Positions 8,463-20,172 are shown, counted from the first letter of the whole stretch. The stretch is 63,015 nt of DNA, filler included, from a bacterium (GCA_027062325.1; 4 parts of 4 records of this genome joined end to end with filler, not necessarily neighbours in it); one strand, 5' to 3'. The notes: generated by a model from the letters alone, not told the origin. Made by a program: numbers and translations.

Positions 8463-11114
8463 ATGGAGCTTGAAAAGAGTTATGATCATAAAAAGGTTGA
8501 AGTGAAATGGGTCGAATATTGGGAAGAGAAAAAACTATCCACTCCAGAAGTTGCATCTAAATTGGTACCACAAAATGGAGAACGTTTTTGCATAGTTATA
8601 CCCCCTCCAAATGTAACAGGGGTTCTACACATTGGACACGCACTCAACACAACGCTTCAAGATATACTAGTACGTTTTAAAAGGATGCAGGGTTTTAAAA
8701 CACTCTGGATTCCCGGAACTGACCATGCAGGGATAGCCACTCAAAATGTGGTTGAGAGAGAGTTATTGAAAGAAGGAAAGAAAAAGGAGGATCTTGGTAG
8801 GGAAGAATTTTTGAAGCGTGTTTGGAAATGGAAAGAGGAAAAGGGTGGCACCATAATAAAACAACTCAAAGCTCTTGGAGCAAGCTGCGACTGGACTCGC
8901 GAGCGCTTTACAATGTCTGAAAATCTTTCTCGGGCTGTAAGAAAAGTTTTCGCCACCCTTTATAAAAAGGGACTCATATACAAAGGTAAATATATGGTCA
9001 ACTGGTGTCCTCGCTGCAAAACTGCCCTAGCAAATGACGAAGTAGAACACCTCGAGGAAAAGGGAAAACTCTGGTATATAAAATATCCGCTTGAAGATGG
9101 TTCAGGATATGTTGTTGTCGCAACTACACGTCCAGAAACCATGCTTGGAGATACAGCAGTTGCAGTCAATCCAAACGATGAGAGATACTCTCACCTTGTA
9201 GGTAAATTTGTGATCCTCCCCATAATGAACCGTAAAATACCTGTAATCGCAGATGAATTCGTAGATCCAGAATTTGGTACAGGCGTTGTCAAAATAACTC
9301 CTGCACACGATCCAGCTGATTATGAAGCAGGAATAAAGCATGGTTTAGATTTCATCCAAGTCATAGACGAAAATGGAATTATGACAGAGGAAGCAGGGGA
9401 GTTTGCAGGACTCGATAGATACGAAGCGCGTCAAAAGATCGTAGAGCGTCTTGAAAAGGAAGGTCTAATTGAAAAGATCGAAGATTACACCCACGCAGTA
9501 GGCACATGTTATAGATGCAGCACAGTCATAGAGCCGCTTGTCTCCGATCAATGGTTTGTCAAGATGAAGCCACTTGCAGAGAAAGCCATGGAAGCTGTAA
9601 AAAGCGGCAAAATTAAGTTTATCCCGGAGCACTGGGAAAATCTTTACTTCTCTTGGCTTGAGAATATACGCGATTGGTGTATATCGCGTCAAATTTGGTG
9701 GGGACATCGAATCCCCGTCTGGTACTGTCAAGAATGCGGACATTTGAATGTAGCAGAGGAAGATCCAAAGACTTGTGAGAAGTGTGGTAGCTCCAATTTG
9801 GTGCAAGACGATGATGTCCTTGATACATGGTTTTCTTCAGCTCTTTGGCCCTTTTCCACACTTGGATGGCCCGACGAAACAGAGGACCTGAAAGAGTATT
9901 ACCCAACAGATGTTCTCGTAACTGGGTTTGACATCATATATTTCTGGGTTGCCAGAATGATCATGATGGGACTTGAGTTCATGAAAAAAGAGCCCTTCAA
10001 ATATGTTTACCTTCATGCACTAGTTCGCGATGAGTATGGTCGTAAAATGAGCAAATCCTTGGGAAATGCTGTGGATCCACTTGAGATAATCGAAACACAT
10101 GGAGCAGATGCACTTCGTTTCACTCTAGCAGCTCTTGCTATGCAGGGGAGAGACATATTGTTCGCAAAGTCACGTCTTGACGGATACAGAACCTTTCTTA
10201 ACAAAATATGGAATGCAACTAGATTTGTCTTGATAAGGACTGAAGGATATAAACTACACTTTGAAGGAGATATAATCGATTATTTGAACTCTGCAAATCT
10301 AGCTCCAGAAGATAGATGGATACTGAAAGAGCTTGAAAATACTATTAAAAAGGTAACTCAAGACTTGGAAGATTTCCGCTTTGCCCAAGCTGCAAATGCA
10401 ATATACTCATTTTTCTGGGACAAATTCTGTGATTGGTACATAGAATTCTCTAAACTCAGAGAAGACAACGATGCCAAATTAGTACTACTCTTTGTACTTG
10501 CTAGCTCACTTAAGGTACTTCACCCATTCATTCCTTTTATTACTGAAGAGTTATGGCATTATCTTCCAGAGTTTTTAAAGGATCAGAAAGACTTGATAGT
10601 ATCAAGTTGGCCAAAATTTGAGTTTTCTTTTGAAAGTGCTAAGGAGATTGAAGCCGTGATAGAGCTTATAAAGAGCATTAGAACCGCTAGAAGCATTGTG
10701 CAACTCAAACCAAAAGATATCGTTGACGTATTCGTAGAAGTTGAAGAGGGAGATGGGAGATTATTGGAGTTATTCTTTATGGAGAAAGACAAAACCTTAA
10801 AGATGGCAAAGGCAAATCTAAAACGCGGTAAGCCAACAGGAAAATTTGCTGCAAACCCATTTACTTTTGAAGGAACAGTTGTCCAAGTACATTTGGCTCT
10901 TCCAGAAGGCTTTGACACAGCAAGCGTTGTAAAACGTCTTGAAAAGAGATTAAAAGAGGTTGAGAATAATATAAAGAGGAGTGAAGGAAAACTTGCTAAC
11001 GAGAACTTTGTTAAAAAAGCACCTCCATTGGTTGTGGAAAAGGAAAAAACTAAGCTAGAGGAGCTGAAAGCCGAGAAAGAACAACTTGAAAAGGTGTTGG
11101 CAGGGTTGAGATAA
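8463..11114 (+). CDS. valS: Valine--tRNA ligase
   Basis: PPPNVTG-x-LHIGH, DWCISRQIWWGH, KMSKS and a C-terminal coiled-coil arm; 883 aa. Confidence 0.98.
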   Translation: MELEKSYDHKKVEVKWVEYWEEKKLSTPEVASKLVPQNGERFCIVIPPPNVTGVLHIGHALNTTLQDILVRFKRMQGFKTLWIPGTDHAGIATQNVVERELLKEGKKKEDLGREEFLKRVWKWKEEKGGTIIKQLKALGASCDWTRERFTMSENLSRAVRKVFATLYKKGLIYKGKYMVNWCPRCKTALANDEVEHLEEKGKLWYIKYPLEDGSGYVVVATTRPETMLGDTAVAVNPNDERYSHLVGKFVILPIMNRKIPVIADEFVDPEFGTGVVKITPAHDPADYEAGIKHGLDFIQVIDENGIMTEEAGEFAGLDRYEARQKIVERLEKEGLIEKIEDYTHAVGTCYRCSTVIEPLVSDQWFVKMKPLAEKAMEAVKSGKIKFIPEHWENLYFSWLENIRDWCISRQIWWGHRIPVWYCQECGHLNVAEEDPKTCEKCGSSNLVQDDDVLDTWFSSALWPFSTLGWPDETEDLKEYYPTDVLVTGFDIIYFWVARMIMMGLEFMKKEPFKYVYLHALVRDEYGRKMSKSLGNAVDPLEIIETHGADALRFTLAALAMQGRDILFAKSRLDGYRTFLNKIWNATRFVLIRTEGYKLHFEGDIIDYLNSANLAPEDRWILKELENTIKKVTQDLEDFRFAQAANAIYSFFWDKFCDWYIEFSKLREDNDAKLVLLFVLASSLKVLHPFIPFITEELWHYLPEFLKDQKDLIVSSWPKFEFSFESAKEIEAVIELIKSIRTARSIVQLKPKDIVDVFVEVEEGDGRLLELFFMEKDKTLKMAKANLKRGKPTGKFAANPFTFEGTVVQVHLALPEGFDTASVVKRLEKRLKEVENNIKRSEGKLANENFVKKAPPLVVEKEKTKLEELKAEKEQLEKVLAGLR

Positions 11115-11160
11115 CTCGTTGAAAATAACCACAAAATTGATAGCATAAGTGTAAAAATTT

Positions 11161-11190
11161 GGGGGAGCTGAGGTTAATCAAGCTCCCCCT
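11161..11190. terminator. Intrinsic terminator hairpin between convergent genes
   Basis: GGGGAGCT...AGCTCCCC stem with A/T-rich flanks, between valS (+) and the 11222 gene (-). Confidence 0.75.
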
Positions 11191-11221
11191 TCTTTAATTC
11201 TTAGCAAATTTCATTCACTTT

Positions 11222-12541
11222 CTACTTACTCACTTTAAACTCAACAGGTACCGTAATTTCCTTTTTCGCACCAGAAAGCAACATCACTTTAAACTCAACT
11301 GTATCGCGGTAATCCCCTCTGCTAAGCTTGTATTTTACCTCTTCTCCATTCACCTTAACAGATGTAACATTCCATCCTTTAGGATGCGAAACACTCACCT
11401 TAAAATCAATAACTCTTTTTCCCGCATTAACCTCCAAATTTTCCAAATAAGAGGCACTAAATTTTATATCCATCTTCTTAATCTTCTCATAATAGCGATT
11501 TTCTGCAGAATAAAGCTTTATCTCAACTCCTTTAACATTATCAACACTAATTGTCCCTATCTTACCAGAACTGTTCATAAATACAGATTTATAATTTGGA
11601 ATACCACTGGGAGATGTGAAATCTACAACGTAACAATCAGCCTTAGGAACGCGAACCCTTGATTTAAACTCAAAAGTCTCCGTTGGATTTAAACTAGTAG
11701 CCACACCATCCACATTTAGGTAGAAACTCATATACCTATTAGTAATTTCAAAACCATCAAGGGGATAATTTATAAACTTTACAGAATGCGGCTTTAAATT
11801 TAAATCACCAAGGTAATACTCACTTACATAAGCATTTTCAAAAGATTGGGCTATAGATTTTGCAGATTTACTCATACTCAAACTCTTTGCGCGTGTAAAT
11901 GGAATATTAAAACGCTCATTTGCTCCCTCAACATAGTAAAATTTCCCCTTCAATAGTAAATCCGAATCGTTCTTAACTACAAATTCAAATCGCGGCGTCA
12001 TATTTCCTTTTTTCATGAATAAGTAAAGTTTGGGGCTAATGCTGTACATTCCTGTTTTCTCTACTAAAAAACATTCCGCACTTCCACGAAGACTCATCAC
12101 ATCTCCCTTTAGCACCTTAACAACCATTGAAAAATCTTTCGGTACCATCAACTCATACCTAGTCCACGAATTGTCACTACCCTCCTCTATTGGTTTAACA
12201 CTCAAAACCCCATCTCTTAAATCGTAATCATCCACATCCAAACTTTTTACACGCTTCCCAGCAATCAGCAAACTCTGATTAAACTCCAATTTGAACTTTG
12301 TCTCTTTAAAAGCAACCTCTTCAATTCTTCCCTTCAAAACTCTTATATCAACCCTCGCAGGCTCTCCCCATAACCACCGCAAATCACCACTTCCCCTAAC
12401 TTTCACATGCAAAAAGACGTAAGAAACTCCTCCTATCGACTTAAAACTAATATCCTGATCTAACCACTTTGCATCCAAACTCAAAAAAAGCATCACAACC
12501 AACAAAACAACCGACTTAAATCTCCTGATCATACCCATCAC
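11222..12541 (-). CDS. Secreted hypothetical protein, beta-rich (weak resemblance to DUF4139)
   Basis: N-terminal signal peptide; 439 aa; start overlaps the pcm stop. Confidence 0.55.
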   Translation of the reverse strand: MMGMIRRFKSVVLLVVMLFLSLDAKWLDQDISFKSIGGVSYVFLHVKVRGSGDLRWLWGEPARVDIRVLKGRIEEVAFKETKFKLEFNQSLLIAGKRVKSLDVDDYDLRDGVLSVKPIEEGSDNSWTRYELMVPKDFSMVVKVLKGDVMSLRGSAECFLVEKTGMYSISPKLYLFMKKGNMTPRFEFVVKNDSDLLLKGKFYYVEGANERFNIPFTRAKSLSMSKSAKSIAQSFENAYVSEYYLGDLNLKPHSVKFINYPLDGFEITNRYMSFYLNVDGVATSLNPTETFEFKSRVRVPKADCYVVDFTSPSGIPNYKSVFMNSSGKIGTISVDNVKGVEIKLYSAENRYYEKIKKMDIKFSASYLENLEVNAGKRVIDFKVSVSHPKGWNVTSVKVNGEEVKYKLSRGDYRDTVEFKVMLLSGAKKEITVPVEFKVSK

Positions 12542-13218
12542 TCCTCATCTTTCCAGGCATAACCTCCCTTCATTGGAACAAAAGCACATGAAAGCAAACG
12601 CCTAGTATACACCTTATCTTCCCTTTTTTCAGCTAGCACCAAATCTTGAAAGTAACGTCCTCCTATCGGATAAACTGCCTTACCTCCAACCTTTAAAGCT
12701 TTAAAAAGATTACGTGGATAATACATCAACGAACAGGCAACAATTATTGCATCAAAACTTTCATCTTTAAAAGGAGCATTTGCATCACCGACAACTTGAA
12801 AAACCTCATAACCCAACTTTTCAAAAACATCACGTGCTCGGAAGGCAAGTTCTGGAATAAACTCAACCGAATAAACATGACAACCTAATTCAGCCAAAAT
12901 TGCTGCTTGGTAACCAGATCCCGTCCCCACATCAAGCACCATATCTCCTGCTTTTGCATCAACAGCCTGGGTCATAAAAGCAACAAGAGACGGCTGAGAA
13001 ATAGTTTGATCAAAGCCAATTGGAAGCGGTCTGTCCTCATACGCGTAAACTCTCATCCTCTCAGGTACAAATTCATGACGTGGAACTTTCTTGAAAACCT
13101 CTGCATACATCTTTCTAATTCCACGCGGTACAATGGACCACTCAACTAATTTTTCCGCCTCACTTCGCCAATCAAACTCCATAGCCCCCACACATAACAC
13201 CTCACAATTCTCATTCAA
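12538..13218 (-). CDS. pcm: Protein-L-isoaspartate O-methyltransferase
   Basis: VPRHEFVP, AYEDRPLPIG, QTISQP, VLDVGTGSGYQAA and FVPM motifs. Confidence 0.95.
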   Translation of the reverse strand: MNENCEVLCVGAMEFDWRSEAEKLVEWSIVPRGIRKMYAEVFKKVPRHEFVPERMRVYAYEDRPLPIGFDQTISQPSLVAFMTQAVDAKAGDMVLDVGTGSGYQAAILAELGCHVYSVEFIPELAFRARDVFEKLGYEVFQVVGDANAPFKDESFDAIIVACSLMYYPRNLFKALKVGGKAVYPIGGRYFQDLVLAEKREDKVYTRRLLSCAFVPMKGGYAWKDEE

Positions 13219-13263
13219 ACAAAACGCACTTCCACTTATCCCTTAATCTAAGGTCTTCCCAAG

Positions 13264-14163
13264 CTAATACCACCTCCTCAGTATCCCATATTCTAAAACC
13301 CTCTCTTTAGCAAGATCTCCCATTAAGTAGTAATTGAACACATCTACAACAGCCTCTGTAGGTATGCAACCTATAATTTCTGTAGAATGTACATCCACTC
13401 CCCATCGTCTAGCCTCCATCTTCACAAGCTCAAAAACTCTATAGATAGCATTTCTCCTGTAGTCTAAAATGTTCATAGTAACTTGAACAATTCCCTTGCT
13501 CTTCAACTCAACCCCTAAAGCTTTGACATATCCTAAACCACCACTTGAGGCACGCACTGCACGAGCAATTCTTTTAGCAATAGTAAGATCATCTGTTTTA
13601 AGATTAACGTTGAAAGCCACCAGAAAATCACGCACTCCAACAACTGTAGCTCCAGCAGTAGGATGAGGTACATTTGGACCAAAATCTGGCTTCCATGCAG
13701 GATCTTTCATCTTTTGGGCAAGTCCCTCAAACTGTCCTCGCCTTATAGAAGCAAGATCAACTCGCCAACCGTGTTCAGCAGCCTCTCCATACAGGTAAAC
13801 GGGAAGCTCAAATTTAGCAGCAATTTGACGGGCTACATCTCGCGCAATCTCAATCGCCTCTTCAAAAGTTGCATCAAATAATGGAATTATTGGTATCACA
13901 TCCACAGCCCCAATTCTCGGATGTACTCCCTCATGTTCATTCAAGTCAATTCGTTTAACCGCCACTCCAACAGCAGCAATAATCGCTTTTTTTATACCGT
14001 CTGCATCCCCAACAGCTGTGTAAACACTCCTATTGTGATCTGGATCTGCCGAGTAGTCTATTAAGCTTACGCCATCAATTTTAAAAGCATCTCTCAACTC
14101 ATCCAAAACTTCTTTTCTCCTTCCTTCGCTAAAGTTTGGAACAGTCTCAAACAACTTGAGCAT
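13264..14163 (-). CDS. ftcD: Glutamate formimidoyltransferase
   Basis: VPNFSEGR, DPDHNRSV, HEGVHPRIGAVDV, IRRGQFEG and PDFGP motifs. Confidence 0.93.
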   Translation of the reverse strand: MLKLFETVPNFSEGRRKEVLDELRDAFKIDGVSLIDYSADPDHNRSVYTAVGDADGIKKAIIAAVGVAVKRIDLNEHEGVHPRIGAVDVIPIIPLFDATFEEAIEIARDVARQIAAKFELPVYLYGEAAEHGWRVDLASIRRGQFEGLAQKMKDPAWKPDFGPNVPHPTAGATVVGVRDFLVAFNVNLKTDDLTIAKRIARAVRASSGGLGYVKALGVELKSKGIVQVTMNILDYRRNAIYRVFELVKMEARRWGVDVHSTEIIGCIPTEAVVDVFNYYLMGDLAKERVLEYGILRRWY

Positions 14164-14196
14164 ACAACACACCTCCAAGTTTGCAAAACAATAAAA

Positions 14197-14222
14197 TTAA
14201 AGGGGCCCTTAAAAGAGCCCCT
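14197..14222 (-). terminator. Probable intrinsic terminator after the hydG-aspA-hydF-MCP operon
   Basis: AGGGGC..GCCCCT stem followed by a T-rich tract on the minus strand. Confidence 0.55.
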
Positions 14223-14289
14223 CAAGTCTCATCTCAATAAATTCCATTCCAATCTTTGCAAAGTAACCCTTTCTACCTTCCTACTAGCA

Positions 14290-15915
14290 TTAAAGTTTAA
14301 ACTTATCAATATTTCTTCCAAGAACATTTGTCGCCTCAACAAGTTTATCCGTAACCTCTTTAAGATTTCCACTCTCTTGATTTACATCCCTTATAGCCTT
14401 AACAACACCATCAACTCTCCCTTCAATTTCAACATTAGTTGCACTCAATTCTTCAACAGCCGCAGCAATTTCAGAAACCTTATCGTAAAGTTTCTGAGCT
14501 TCTGTATCTATTATCTTCAAGAACTCTATAATCTCATTGATTTTCTCTTGCCCTTCATCTGCCTTTTTAACACTCTCTGTTCCTCTCTCAACCGCATTGG
14601 CAATAGCTTCTTGAATCGAATTAACCATACCAGCAATCTCCTGAGCAGACTCAACACTTCTTATAGCAAGCTTTCTAATCTCCTCTGCAACAACTGCAAA
14701 CCCTTGACCAAGCTCTCCTGCGCGAGCCGCCTCAATTGCCGCATTCAAAGCAAGAAGATCTGTCTGATTTGCAATATCTTCAACAACCTTTAATATCTTT
14801 CCTATCTCCTTACTCCTGTCTTCAAGTTTCTTCAACTCACCAAATGTTTCATTCAAAGTTCCCACCATATCCTCTATAACCTGACGGCCCTTTTCACCCA
14901 TCTCTTTACCTGCACTTGTCTTCTCACGAGTAAGCTCTGCCCCTTCTCTAACAATCGTTCCACTTGACGCAACAAGTTTTATAGCCTCTACGTTATCCTG
15001 AAGCGACAACCTAATCGAGTCAACATTAATCGTAACTTGAGATACTCCATCCGTAATTGTAGAAACCATACCTTTCAGAGAATCAGTTATAGAGCTCAAA
15101 CTCACAGTCAACTCAAGTAGTTCCTTAACAACCCCTTTAATTTGACTAGCAAACTTTTGGAACGAAGCAGCAACTTTTCCTATCTCATCTTTTCGCTTTA
15201 TAATCACAGTTGGAATCTTCACTGACAAATCTCTCTTCTTTGCTGCCTCCTCAACTATAGAAGCAGTCCTCCTAAGCGGCATTATAACTAGCGTAGTCAC
15301 AAACCACACAACCACCCCAAACACTATTAAACTGCTCACCAATAAAGTCACTTGCATCTCCTCTATTTTCTTCAACTTTTTCTCATACTCCTTCTGGTGC
15401 TCCACAACAACATCATTCATAAGCTTCAAAAGATAGACGTTATTATTGAGCACATAATCAACATCATATTTGCTACTCCTACCCGCTACAACATCATTTA
15501 TTATCTTTTCAAATCTTCTTAGCTCCGCCAAGGCTTTTGCAATTCTTTCACGCACCTTAGGATACTCAACCGGAGGTATTTTCTTTTTCTTCGTTAAATT
15601 TAAATCAAGATACACATCCCCTCCACTTAACAACGAGTTTGCCGTCGTAGTAAGTAATTTTAACGTTTTTAGCAGCTGCTCAGCTTTTTTCTGAATCTCC
15701 GCTGTTGCTTCACCTTCACTTCTTGCTTTAAGCAAAAGCAACAACTCTTTGCTCATTTTCTGAGTAAGCATTCTTTGCCTTCCTTCAAGATTTATGTACA
15801 AACCATCGTTGGCAATTTCGTGTAATCCTCTAAACAACCCCCACACACTTACACCAAAGAACAACAAAATTACCACTATACCCGCATAAATAACCGTTCC
15901 AACACTCCTCACCAC
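14290..15915 (-). CDS. Methyl-accepting chemotaxis protein with PilJ/NarX-like sensor domain and HAMP
   Basis: Two TMs; [17 protein letters not shown] sensor motif; [45 protein letters not shown] signalling hairpin. Confidence 0.93.
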   Translation of the reverse strand: MVRSVGTVIYAGIVVILLFFGVSVWGLFRGLHEIANDGLYINLEGRQRMLTQKMSKELLLLLKARSEGEATAEIQKKAEQLLKTLKLLTTTANSLLSGGDVYLDLNLTKKKKIPPVEYPKVRERIAKALAELRRFEKIINDVVAGRSSKYDVDYVLNNNVYLLKLMNDVVVEHQKEYEKKLKKIEEMQVTLLVSSLIVFGVVVWFVTTLVIMPLRRTASIVEEAAKKRDLSVKIPTVIIKRKDEIGKVAASFQKFASQIKGVVKELLELTVSLSSITDSLKGMVSTITDGVSQVTINVDSIRLSLQDNVEAIKLVASSGTIVREGAELTREKTSAGKEMGEKGRQVIEDMVGTLNETFGELKKLEDRSKEIGKILKVVEDIANQTDLLALNAAIEAARAGELGQGFAVVAEEIRKLAIRSVESAQEIAGMVNSIQEAIANAVERGTESVKKADEGQEKINEIIEFLKIIDTEAQKLYDKVSEIAAAVEELSATNVEIEGRVDGVVKAIRDVNQESGNLKEVTDKLVEATNVLGRNIDKFKL

Positions 15916-17141
15916 TATCCCTCCCTCAACTCCATATAAACCTCGTAAGCTGAAGCAAAAGGTTTCAATGCTCTTTCAAATATACCTAAACAATAGGCAA
16001 TAGTCAAACCATAATTAGTTATCGGAACTCCTGCTTCCTTGCATTTTCTAATACGATTCAATATCTGTTTTCTGTTATACATACATCCACCACAGTGTAT
16101 TACCAAAGCGTATTCAGATAAGTTTTCTGGAAAATCAAGCCCCCGAGCAAATTCAAACTCTATTTTTTTCCCTGTGTACTGAACGAGCCAACGAGGAATT
16201 TTTACCGTTCCTATATCATCAGCTATTGGGTGATGCGTACAAGCCTCAGCAATTAAAACTTTATCTCCATCTTTTAAATTTTCAATCGTAAGACACCCTC
16301 GCACAAACTCATCAAGATCCCCTTTAAATCTAGCAAACAATATGGAAAAACTTGTCATAGGTATATCCTCTGGCACATCTGCTGCTACCTTTAAAAACGC
16401 CTGAGAATCTGTAACAACAATTGCAGGCTTTTCTTTGAACAAAGTGAGTGCCCAAGCAAGCTCCCTTTCCTTCACAACGAATGCTGCAGCATCATTATCC
16501 AATAAATCTCTAATTGTCTGAACCTGAGGTAGAATTAGCCTTCCTTTAGGAGCTTCTTTATCAATTGGAACAACTAAAATTGCAAATGAACCAGCAGGCA
16601 CTAAATCACCTATTATAGTATGCTCCAGCAAATCTTTAGGAGCCACATCAATTATCACCTGCTTCAATTCCTCAATTCCTTCCCTTTTCAAAGCAGAGGC
16701 GAAAACCACTCTATCAACACACTTCTGCGCTTTTTCTACTACAGTTTCATTCACTTTATTCACATCTATCTTGTTAAAGACTGCAATTATTGGTACAGCT
16801 CGCTTTTTAAATTCCTTGCATAGCTCCTCTTCCCACTCAGTCCATTCACAATCAGTAACTATAAGAGCCAAATCAGTCTTGTCAAATATGCGTTTTGTCT
16901 TTTTTTGCCGCAATTTCCCAACTTCTCCAGTGTCATCAACTCCAGCTGTATCTATGAAAAGAACAGGTCCCAGTGGCAATAGCTCCATCGGCTTATTAAC
17001 AGGATCAGTCGTAGTTCCCGGATAATCAGCAACAATGGATACCGTCTGATTTACAAATGCATTCAAAAGCGAGGATTTGCCAACATTTCTTCGGCCAAAT
17101 ATCCCTATGTGAAGGCGCACACCTTTGGGAGCACTTTTCAC
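15915..17141 (-). CDS. hydF: [FeFe]-hydrogenase H-cluster maturation GTPase HydF
   Basis: [34 protein letters not shown]; cluster ligands CTHH...HCGGC. Confidence 0.97.
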   Translation of the reverse strand: MKSAPKGVRLHIGIFGRRNVGKSSLLNAFVNQTVSIVADYPGTTTDPVNKPMELLPLGPVLFIDTAGVDDTGEVGKLRQKKTKRIFDKTDLALIVTDCEWTEWEEELCKEFKKRAVPIIAVFNKIDVNKVNETVVEKAQKCVDRVVFASALKREGIEELKQVIIDVAPKDLLEHTIIGDLVPAGSFAILVVPIDKEAPKGRLILPQVQTIRDLLDNDAAAFVVKERELAWALTLFKEKPAIVVTDSQAFLKVAADVPEDIPMTSFSILFARFKGDLDEFVRGCLTIENLKDGDKVLIAEACTHHPIADDIGTVKIPRWLVQYTGKKIEFEFARGLDFPENLSEYALVIHCGGCMYNRKQILNRIRKCKEAGVPITNYGLTIAYCLGIFERALKPFASAYEVYMELREG

Positions 17142-17156
17142 TGTTTACTACACCAC

Positions 17157-18665
17157 CTATTGATCTACCCCAACACTATTCTTTTTATGACCATTTAAAG
17201 CTTTTATTTTCTCCATCTCCTGCTTTGTGAATCCCAACTTACACACCAATTCAGGCGAGGTAAGTCTATTAAACTCTTCTTTAGAAATTCCTCCTATTTC
17301 CAACACTGCTTCTTTTACTGAAATCCCTTTTTCTTGAGCATACTTTGCAACCTCTGTAGCTTTTTCATAACCTAACACTGGAAGTAGAGCCGTCAAAGAA
17401 GCAGTAGAAGCCGCCACATGTCTCCTGCAAACCTCTACATTTGGCTTTATATCTTCCACGCACCTAGTTGCAAATCTCTCAACAGCATTCCTTAATATCA
17501 TTATTCCATCAAGAAGGGCAAAAGCTATCAAAGGCATGAAATTATTTACCTCTAAATTGCCATTGCTAGCTGCCGTGGTAATCAACGAATCGTAAGCTAT
17601 AAACAACCAAGAAGCTTGCATCACCATTTCTGGAATAACGGGATTAACTTTTCCCGGCATAATTGAAGACCCTGCCTGAACCGCTGGGAGCTTTATCTCA
17701 TTTATTCCAGCATCAGGTCCAGAAGCAAGAAATCGTAAATCATTGGCTATTTTTATCAAATTAGCAGCCAACGTCTTGATTATTCCAGATACCTCAACAA
17801 TCCCATCTTGATTAGCAGTTGCCTCTATCAAATTCTCAGCGCGTGCCAGATTCAGCCCTGTCTCTTGGCGCAACTTTTCTATTATCTTGAATATATAGCG
17901 ACGCGGAGCTCCAATTCCAGTTCCAACAGCCGTTCCTCCAATATTTACTACCCGTATCCTTTCAGAGGCCTTAAATATTCTCCAACGATCACGTGCAAGA
18001 GAATCAGCATATATTGAAAATTCACGTCCCAACGTTATTAATACGGCATCTTGGAGATGGGTTCTTGCAACCTTCACAATATCCGCAAACTCCTTTTCCT
18101 TTTTCTGAAATGCTTCCAGTAATCTAACAACCGAATCTTCAAGTTCCTTTAAAAGCCACAAAGTCGCAATTTTCACAGCTGTGGGGAAAACATCATTAGT
18201 TGATTGATGCATATTCACATGCTCCAATGGAGATATATAGTCATAATCACCAGGATTTCTACCCGCCCTTTTTAAAGCCAAGTTAGCTATTACTTCATTC
18301 ACATTCATATTAAAGCTTGTGCCAGCTCCTCCCTGAAGAGGATCTACCACTACTGCATCAATGTATTTCCCCAAAGAAAGTTCACTTGCTGCCTCCTTTA
18401 TATAGTAAGCTTTTTCAGCATCTAAATATCCTAATTCTTCGTTAACCTCCGCAGCAACTTTCTTTATAACCGCCATAGCTCGGATTAAATACGGATTCGG
18501 CCTATAAGGAGTTACCGAAAAATTCATCAAAGCTCTTTGAGTATGTATTCCCCACAAAATTTCCTTTGGCAATTCCAGTTCACCTATTAAATCTTTTTCA
18601 ACTCTTATTTCTTCAAGCTTCTCTCCTAACTCATCTTCCTTTTTAATAAACTCCAACGCTTTCAC
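17157..18665 (-). CDS. aspA: Aspartate ammonia-lyase (fumarase/aspartase family)
   Basis: QGGAGTSFNMNVNEV, HQSTND and GSSIMPGKVNP signature. Confidence 0.9.
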   Translation of the reverse strand: MKALEFIKKEDELGEKLEEIRVEKDLIGELELPKEILWGIHTQRALMNFSVTPYRPNPYLIRAMAVIKKVAAEVNEELGYLDAEKAYYIKEAASELSLGKYIDAVVVDPLQGGAGTSFNMNVNEVIANLALKRAGRNPGDYDYISPLEHVNMHQSTNDVFPTAVKIATLWLLKELEDSVVRLLEAFQKKEKEFADIVKVARTHLQDAVLITLGREFSIYADSLARDRWRIFKASERIRVVNIGGTAVGTGIGAPRRYIFKIIEKLRQETGLNLARAENLIEATANQDGIVEVSGIIKTLAANLIKIANDLRFLASGPDAGINEIKLPAVQAGSSIMPGKVNPVIPEMVMQASWLFIAYDSLITTAASNGNLEVNNFMPLIAFALLDGIMILRNAVERFATRCVEDIKPNVEVCRRHVAASTASLTALLPVLGYEKATEVAKYAQEKGISVKEAVLEIGGISKEEFNRLTSPELVCKLGFTKQEMEKIKALNGHKKNSVGVDQ

Positions 18666-18762
18666 CTCTACTTTAACTACTCCACTAACAACCAGTCCTC
18701 TAAAATCTAGAAGTAAAGCTACTCCAGTTAAATTTTATATCACAAAGTAGCTAACCACAAAT

Positions 18763-20172
18763 CTACACATAGACATCTCTCTTTCCCTCACGAACTTTCT
18801 CTAAGAGAGCCTCAACTATTTTCTTCTGTCTTTCATCATAGGTTTTTATTTTATTCTCTATAAACTCCATACCTTTTTGGCGAGTCTTATCACTTGCAAA
18901 ATCTATTAGATATTCAAGAAGGGTACTCATAGCATTCGGTTCACACTTGTACTTTATATCCCCAGGTTTCGCCAGCTCCATGAAATCAAGCCCCGTCCTT
19001 CCCAAACGATAACAGGCTGTACAAAAAGAAGGGGTAAAACCCATATCAAGCAAATCATAAACAACCTCATCCAAAGGCCTGTGATCTCCCAGAGAAAATT
19101 GTGCACCTTTCAAATACTCTTCTTCAGATAAACTGTAACCACCCGGATTTGTACGAGAACCCGCAGAAATCTGAGATATTCCAAGTTTCAAAGCTTCACG
19201 GCGCATCTGAGGATTTTCACGAGTAGACAGAATCATTCCTGTATAAGGAACTGCCAATCTTATTATTGCAACAAGACGCTTAAACTCCTCATCACTCACC
19301 GCGTACGGTGGATTTTCTGAAATAGGAGCACCAACAGCAGGTTCAATCCTTGGAACACTTATAGTATGCGGTCCCATTCCAAAACATTCCTCCAAGTGAT
19401 CTACGTGCATGAATAGTGCAAGCAACTCCCATCTCCAATCGTAAAGTCCAAACAGCACTCCCATTCCAACATCATCAATTCCTGCCTCAAACGCTCTATC
19501 CATAGCCCATAAACGCCACAAATAATCACGCTTAGGACCTGCCACATGAACCTTCTCATACGTCGGCAAATGATAAGTTTCTTGAAAAAGCTGATAGGTT
19601 CCAATGTGATGTTCTTTGAGGGCTTTGAACTCTTCAACTGTCAAAGGAGCGATATTTACATTAATTCGACGTATGTTTATTCCTTCCCCAAGCTTTACAG
19701 AATAGATAGTATCAATAGCTTCAAACACATATTCCAATCCTTTTTCAGGCGGATAAGCCTCCCCTGCTACCAAAAGAACCCTTTTGTGCCCCTGCTTAAG
19801 AAGCTGCTCTATTTCTTTTTTTATCTGCTCCATTGTAAGAGCAGCGCGATCAACATCCTTATTCGAAACACGAAAAGCACAGTACAAACAATCATTCTTA
19901 CAGTAACTGGATATGTAAAGTGGAGCAAATATAACAATTCTATTTCCGTATATCTGCTCCTTTATCCAAAGCGCTGCCTTATAAATCTCATCAACTAATT
20001 CAGGATCTTCTACATTCACCAACACTGCTACATCTTCTAAAGGCAACCTCTCCAAATCTTTAGTTTTAGCTAAAATTTCCCTAACAAGCTTGAAATCCTT
20101 AGCTTTTCTCTTCCCCTCTTCTAACAAAGAATCAATCTTTTCATGATCTATAAAATTGTAAATCTCTGTCAT
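18763..20172 (-). CDS. hydG: [FeFe]-hydrogenase maturation radical SAM protein HydG
   Basis: CKNDCLYC radical SAM motif; FQETYH; GPHTISVPR; auxiliary CTAC-x22-C. Confidence 0.97.
   Translation of the reverse strand: MTEIYNFIDHEKIDSLLEEGKRKAKDFKLVREILAKTKDLERLPLEDVAVLVNVEDPELVDEIYKAALWIKEQIYGNRIVIFAPLYISSYCKNDCLYCAFRVSNKDVDRAALTMEQIKKEIEQLLKQGHKRVLLVAGEAYPPEKGLEYVFEAIDTIYSVKLGEGINIRRINVNIAPLTVEEFKALKEHHIGTYQLFQETYHLPTYEKVHVAGPKRDYLWRLWAMDRAFEAGIDDVGMGVLFGLYDWRWELLALFMHVDHLEECFGMGPHTISVPRIEPAVGAPISENPPYAVSDEEFKRLVAIIRLAVPYTGMILSTRENPQMRREALKLGISQISAGSRTNPGGYSLSEEEYLKGAQFSLGDHRPLDEVVYDLLDMGFTPSFCTACYRLGRTGLDFMELAKPGDIKYKCEPNAMSTLLEYLIDFASDKTRQKGMEFIENKIKTYDERQKKIVEALLEKVREGKRDVYV

Noticed and set aside
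10583..11146. 187-aa antisense ORF over valS, plus many other 60-190 aa alternative-frame ORFs (e.g. 38063-38632, 19546-19998, 14377-14793)
   Set aside because: They overlap well-supported genes, are S/F/L-rich shadows of biased codon usage, and carry no motifs.
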